Origin: Candidatus Poribacteria bacterium | Lineage (GTDB): Bacteria; Poribacteria; WGA-4E; PCPOR2b | Length of the DNA: 64,000 nucleotides | Direction of reading: 5' to 3' | Assembly (NCBI GenBank): GCA_965215015.1 | Contig: OZ244042.1 | Span: 4,256,001-4,320,000, forward strand | Shown here: positions 59,765 to 64,000 of the stretch, piece by piece | Numbering within the stretch: the first letter of the stretch is position 1 | How the letters are laid out: every line of letters begins with the position of its first letter | Made by a program: the position numbers and the translations under genes | The notes under the pieces: generated by a model | Database searches by the model: none | What the model saw: the letters and a program-made list of their open reading frames with translations, nothing else | Told to the model about the DNA's origin: nothing

Positions 59765-62038
59765 ATGTTTTCAAATCCAGTACAACAATCTGGATCTGCC
59801 CTCGGCAGTGCTGCTTCGCATTCCCAAGATGGGCATGGCTTCGGCACCGCCCCCGTTTTCCTCACCTCAATCTGTACGATTCTCGGCGCGATTTTGTTCT
59901 TGCGATTCGGTTACGCTGTTGCACACGTTGGGCTATGGGGCAGCTTAGCAATCATTGCCCTTGGGCATTTGGTGACCATTCCTACGGTGCTGGCGGTATC
60001 CGAGATTGCAACGAACCGCCGCGTGGCAGGCGGCGGCGCGTACTACATTGTCAGCCGTTCCTTTGGCCCAACCATCGGCGGCACGATCGGGATTACCCTC
60101 TATCTTTCCCAAGCGATTTCAATTGCCTTCTATATGGTTGCGTTTTCAGAGGCTCTGGCACCCGTCTATGAATGGGTGGCTGCCACGTACGCGTTGAAAC
60201 TTGACTACCGCTGGGTGAGTCTTACTGGTACGCTCCTCCTTATCGCACTGATGCTAACTAAAGGTGCCAATCTGGGGGTGTGGGCTCTATGGGTGGTCAG
60301 TGCAATTATAGCAGTCTCAATCGGTGCTTTCTTTTTGGGGGAAGCTCCCGAAAACATACGGCCCGATGGGTTGAACATCATAGCGCGCATCGAAGGTGGG
60401 GACAGTTTCGGCACAGTCTTCGCAACCTGTTTCCCCGCCTTTACAGGCATGATTGCGGGCCTTGGACTATCTGGTGACCTGAAGAATCCTCGGAGGAGTA
60501 TACCTCTTGGCACGATTGGTGCGACGATTGCAGGTATGATCATATACGTGCTCGTTGCGATCAAGCTTGCCCAGAGTGCTAAACCTGAGGCACTCGCTGA
60601 GGATCAGTTTCTCATGGCTCAAATTGCCCTGTGGGGACCGGCAATCTACATTGGGTTGGGCGCAGCTGCCCTCTCCTCTGCCCTCGGCTCAATCTTAGTT
60701 GCTCCCAGAACGCTCCAGATGCTTGGTCGTGATGATGTCCTACCGTTCTCACAATTGAACCGCCTGATGGAAAAAGGTATAGGACAAACACAGGAGCCGG
60801 TGGTTGCAACCTGCGTGTCAGGGCTGATTGCGATCGTATTCGTGGTAGTTGGCGATGTGGACTTTATCGCCCGAATTCTTACCATGTTCTTCATTGTGAC
60901 ATACGGCGTCCTCTGTGCGGTGTCATTCCTCGAGCACTTCGCAGGCAATCCGTCCTATCGTCCCACGTTTCATTCTCGCTGGTATTTGTCGCTGGTTGGC
61001 ACTGTGATGTGTGGCTTGATGATGATTCAGATAAACGTGGTGTACGCGTTCCTCTCGATTTTTCTGATGGTGGTAATCTACCTTGGACTCCGCCACAGCC
61101 ACAAGGGGCAGCGGGACTTGACAGCGATCTTCCAAGGGACGATGTTCCAGCTAACCCGGTGGCTGCAAATCACCCTACAAAAGAATCGTGTTATCTCACC
61201 CGAAGGTGGATGGCGCCCATCGATCGTCGCGGTGACTCAATTCGGTGAACGTCGGCTTGGCCATTTCGATCTACTCCGCTGGATTTGCCATCGACACGGG
61301 TTTGGGCACTTCATCCAGTTCTTCCACGGCGATTACTCGTTTCTTGACGAAATTGACACGCGCCTCCATGTTGAGGAGCTGATTCAACGGACAGAGGTCA
61401 GCAGAGCAGGCATCTTTGTCGATACCCTGATTTGTCCGACATTCCAACTTGCTATCGCGCAGACGCTACAGATGCCAGGGATTTCCGGCTTGCCAAATAA
61501 TTCTATTCTTTTTGAATTCGATCGAGAAAATCCGGAGGAGATCAACGAAGTTGGGCAAGGTGCTCGCCTCGCTGCGAATTCGATGTTCAATGTCCTGATC
61601 TTGCGATCGACGAAGTACCGGTTCGGCTACCGGGCTTCGATCCATGTATGGGTGACAGAAGAAAACTTGGCAAACGCTCCCATGATGCTATTACTCGCGT
61701 ATATCATTGTGGGACATCCGGAATGGAAACGTGCTGAGATTCAACTCTTTGCGTGCTTCGACTCTAGCGACGCTGAGCGTGAGGCAAACAGACTTTCGGT
61801 GTGGATGAAGGAAGGGCGGCTGCCAATTTCAGCACAGAACGTGACTTCTGTGTCGTGCAGCAACGGAGAAGCTTTAGAGGAAGAGGTGTCGCACTACTCC
61901 TCTCAGGCTGACTTGGTGATTGCAGGCTTAGTAACGGAGAATCTCGAACCGGAGGCAGTGCCCCAAGCCCTGCGGCATTACAGGGCGGCGAACGATGTGC
62001 TATTCGTTCATTCAATTGAGTGGATCGCGATTGATTAG
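59765..62038 (+). CDS. Cation-chloride cotransporter (SLC12)-like APC transporter
   Basis: ILGAILFLR, IATN, GGAYYIVSRSFG, FPAFTG, SGDLKNP..SIPLGT and a WRP C-terminal domain. Confidence 0.88.
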   Translation: MFSNPVQQSGSALGSAASHSQDGHGFGTAPVFLTSICTILGAILFLRFGYAVAHVGLWGSLAIIALGHLVTIPTVLAVSEIATNRRVAGGGAYYIVSRSFGPTIGGTIGITLYLSQAISIAFYMVAFSEALAPVYEWVAATYALKLDYRWVSLTGTLLLIALMLTKGANLGVWALWVVSAIIAVSIGAFFLGEAPENIRPDGLNIIARIEGGDSFGTVFATCFPAFTGMIAGLGLSGDLKNPRRSIPLGTIGATIAGMIIYVLVAIKLAQSAKPEALAEDQFLMAQIALWGPAIYIGLGAAALSSALGSILVAPRTLQMLGRDDVLPFSQLNRLMEKGIGQTQEPVVATCVSGLIAIVFVVVGDVDFIARILTMFFIVTYGVLCAVSFLEHFAGNPSYRPTFHSRWYLSLVGTVMCGLMMIQINVVYAFLSIFLMVVIYLGLRHSHKGQRDLTAIFQGTMFQLTRWLQITLQKNRVISPEGGWRPSIVAVTQFGERRLGHFDLLRWICHRHGFGHFIQFFHGDYSFLDEIDTRLHVEELIQRTEVSRAGIFVDTLICPTFQLAIAQTLQMPGISGLPNNSILFEFDRENPEEINEVGQGARLAANSMFNVLILRSTKYRFGYRASIHVWVTEENLANAPMMLLLAYIIVGHPEWKRAEIQLFACFDSSDAEREANRLSVWMKEGRLPISAQNVTSVSCSNGEALEEEVSHYSSQADLVIAGLVTENLEPEAVPQALRHYRAANDVLFVHSIEWIAID

Positions 62039-62080
62039 ATGGAGATCTTGCAGAGCTAGGAATTATTTTTTTTATGGCTT

Positions 62081-62323
62081 AGGACTTACGCAGTTGAAGG
62101 TTCAAACCCTCGTAGTTCAGTGATGAATCACCGGACCATACGACTCACGACGTCCGATAAATCGGGCAACTACGATTCAGCCGACAGTCGTAGGTACGCT
62201 CCGCGTGCTGTCCCCCTCGAATCCCCCGCAAGCAGGGGGAAGGGGGGCAGCATACGGCGTATGCCTACTCCCTTAAAGGGGCGGATTGAATTGCGTTATT
62301 ACAAACTCAAGTGCGTAACCCCT
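62081..62323. mobile_element. MITE-like element, family 1, copy D
   Basis: Ends AGGACTTACGCA...TGCGTAACCCCT; flanks TATGGCTT/AACGGCTA (5/8 match). Confidence 0.8.
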
Positions 62324-62481
62324 AACGGCTAAACGATGTACGAAAATGTGTGTTTGTAAGGGTAGGTTTCCCGCGTAGTGTTTATCCCCCATTGTATCAC
62401 AAATAGTTTGAATAACTGTAGTGATACGTTCAATATGGGATAATATTCTGGCAGCACAATACATGCGAAAGGATATAAACT

Positions 62482-63018
62482 GTGCAAGAGCAGGTAATAC
62501 TCGTTGACCGTATGGGCAGGGAAATCGGCACTGAAGAAAAGCTAAAAGCACATCGTGAGGGTAAACTGCATCGTGCATTTTCGATTTTCATTTTCAACGC
62601 TGTAGGGGAATTGCTGCTCCAGAAACGGGCGGAGACAAAATATCACTCGGGTGGCTTGTGGACCAATACTTGCTGCAGCCATCCGCGTCCTGGTGAAAGT
62701 CATTATTACGCGGCGAGACGGCGGCTCAATGAGGAAATGGGTTTTGAGTGTGAATTGACTGGACTTTTCAGTTTTATCTATCATACCAAACTGGAGAATA
62801 ACCTATTTGAACACGAATTAGACCGTGTCTTTGTTGGATACTATGACGGTCAACCAGTGCCCAATCCTGACGAAGTTGATGATTGGAGATGGATGAGCAT
62901 CAACAGGTTGGACCGAGATATTGGAGAAAACCCCAATCATTATACGTACTGGTTCAAGTTGATACTTAATCGTGTCGTCAAACAATACGAGAAAATCAGT
63001 TGTCACGATGAAATCTAA
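62482..63018 (+). CDS. idi: Isopentenyl-diphosphate delta-isomerase, type 1
   Basis: KLKAH, LHRAFS, WTNTCCSHP, EHE and YTYWF motifs. Confidence 0.95.
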   Translation: MQEQVILVDRMGREIGTEEKLKAHREGKLHRAFSIFIFNAVGELLLQKRAETKYHSGGLWTNTCCSHPRPGESHYYAARRRLNEEMGFECELTGLFSFIYHTKLENNLFEHELDRVFVGYYDGQPVPNPDEVDDWRWMSINRLDRDIGENPNHYTYWFKLILNRVVKQYEKISCHDEI

Positions 63019-63261
63019 TGAATTCGTTCAGGTAAATTTCATAGGTGCGATACTCGGTGATGAAGGCACGTGTGGATAAAGCAAAGATGAAAGCTGCCAT
63101 CACACAGCTATCGTCCGCCAACACGGAAGTGTATGAACGTTTCTTGAAATATGCAGAGCAGATACACTTCCTGAAAGCCAAAATCTTTACGTTCAGACCG
63201 ATTCATGAATTCAAGAAACTAATTCTAAAAGATTTCAGTATTTGCAAAGGGGAAAAGGACA

Positions 63262-64000
63262 ATGGGTTGGCGTGTTGTAGAGCATTTTACGATTTACCGG
63301 GAAGAGGGCTGGTACGGTGCCCATCCCAACGTAGTGCGTACCCCCAGCGGGGATCTGTTAGTTCTATTTCATCGTTCACCATACGTGGGATATTCCCACC
63401 ACAGTCATCCGTTATTTGATGTCCGCGCCTGTCGCTCGGAGGATGAAGGGCGGACTTGGGGTAAACAGCACTTTATTACCGCCGATCCGTTGGGGGGTGT
63501 GCTTGACTTCGGCACCCATACTCTTGTAGATGGGAGTATCTTCCTGCACGCTTCCAATGTTGTGTTAGTTCCTCAAGATGAGGAGCGTGAGAGTGGGGAA
63601 TGGGTCGCTCACGCGGGCATCCCCTTTTGGGTGCGTTCCTACGATAATGGACGGACATGGACCGAGCCGGTGCGTTTCCCACCCGTGCCCGATGCCGTGT
63701 GGGGACATCCCGCGTCTCATTCGGGAATCGCCCGGAGCGGATTGATACGGATGCCGCACGGGCGTTTACTCCTACCGAGCAAGGCGACCGACCACCCTGA
63801 CGGTGCAATGCCTTTCTTTGGCATGTTGCGGGTGTCGAGGGACATGGGGGAGACGTGGGAGTATGGCGGCCGGATTGCGGAAGATCCCGTTGCACACTTC
63901 AGTGAGCCAGCGATCCATCTCACCCCCAGTGGACGGATTATCGTTCTCTTTCGGTGCCATCCTGGACCTGGTGCAGCTAGCCAGGAGGTCTGCTTGGCGT
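63262..64000 (+). CDS. Asp-box (BNR) sialidase-like protein, 3'-truncated by window edge
   Basis: Not in the ORF track because it has no stop. MGWRVVEHF... with Asp-boxes SEDEGRTW, SYDNGRTW and SRDMGETW; AAGGA RBS. Confidence 0.85.
   Translation, partial: MGWRVVEHFTIYREEGWYGAHPNVVRTPSGDLLVLFHRSPYVGYSHHSHPLFDVRACRSEDEGRTWGKQHFITADPLGGVLDFGTHTLVDGSIFLHASNVVLVPQDEERESGEWVAHAGIPFWVRSYDNGRTWTEPVRFPPVPDAVWGHPASHSGIARSGLIRMPHGRLLLPSKATDHPDGAMPFFGMLRVSRDMGETWEYGGRIAEDPVAHFSEPAIHLTPSGRIIVLFRCHPGPGAASQEVCLA

Noticed and set aside
63045-63419. 124-aa ORF after idi
   Set aside because: It overlaps the Asp-box gene out of frame and has no RBS or motif; at most a remnant.

Overview
A ~50% GC, gene-dense bacterial chromosomal segment with about 48 CDSs. 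No rRNA, tRNA or CRISPR array was seen. The gene content (PhyH dioxygenase, enolase-superfamily enzymes, DUF1080, FRG/TPR, Asp-box hydrolase, giant propeller lipoprotein, repeat-laden intergenic spaces) resembles Candidatus Poribacteria; this is inference only. Housekeeping genes include anmK, proA, dapL, pepP, glmM-yvcK-glmS, pyrK-phhB-pyrD-pyrB and idi. Highlights: (1) a SufR-like Fe-S sensor divergent from an alternative sigma-70, nfuA and a B12/radical-SAM gene whose UGA is probably selenocysteine (C-U-A-E-P tail plus SECIS-like hairpin), a candidate undescribed Fe-S/Se stress module; (2) a TonB receptor, DUF2231, His/Asp-rich cytochrome c lipoprotein and His/Asp-repeat lipoprotein metal-uptake locus; (3) PyrB fused to only the PyrI Zn domain; (4) several families of MITE/REP-like repeats, one copy with a perfect 8-bp target duplication of a Shine-Dalgarno site, plus a transposase remnant carrying the same terminus; (5) probable pseudogenes. 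All product calls come from motif recognition, not database searches.
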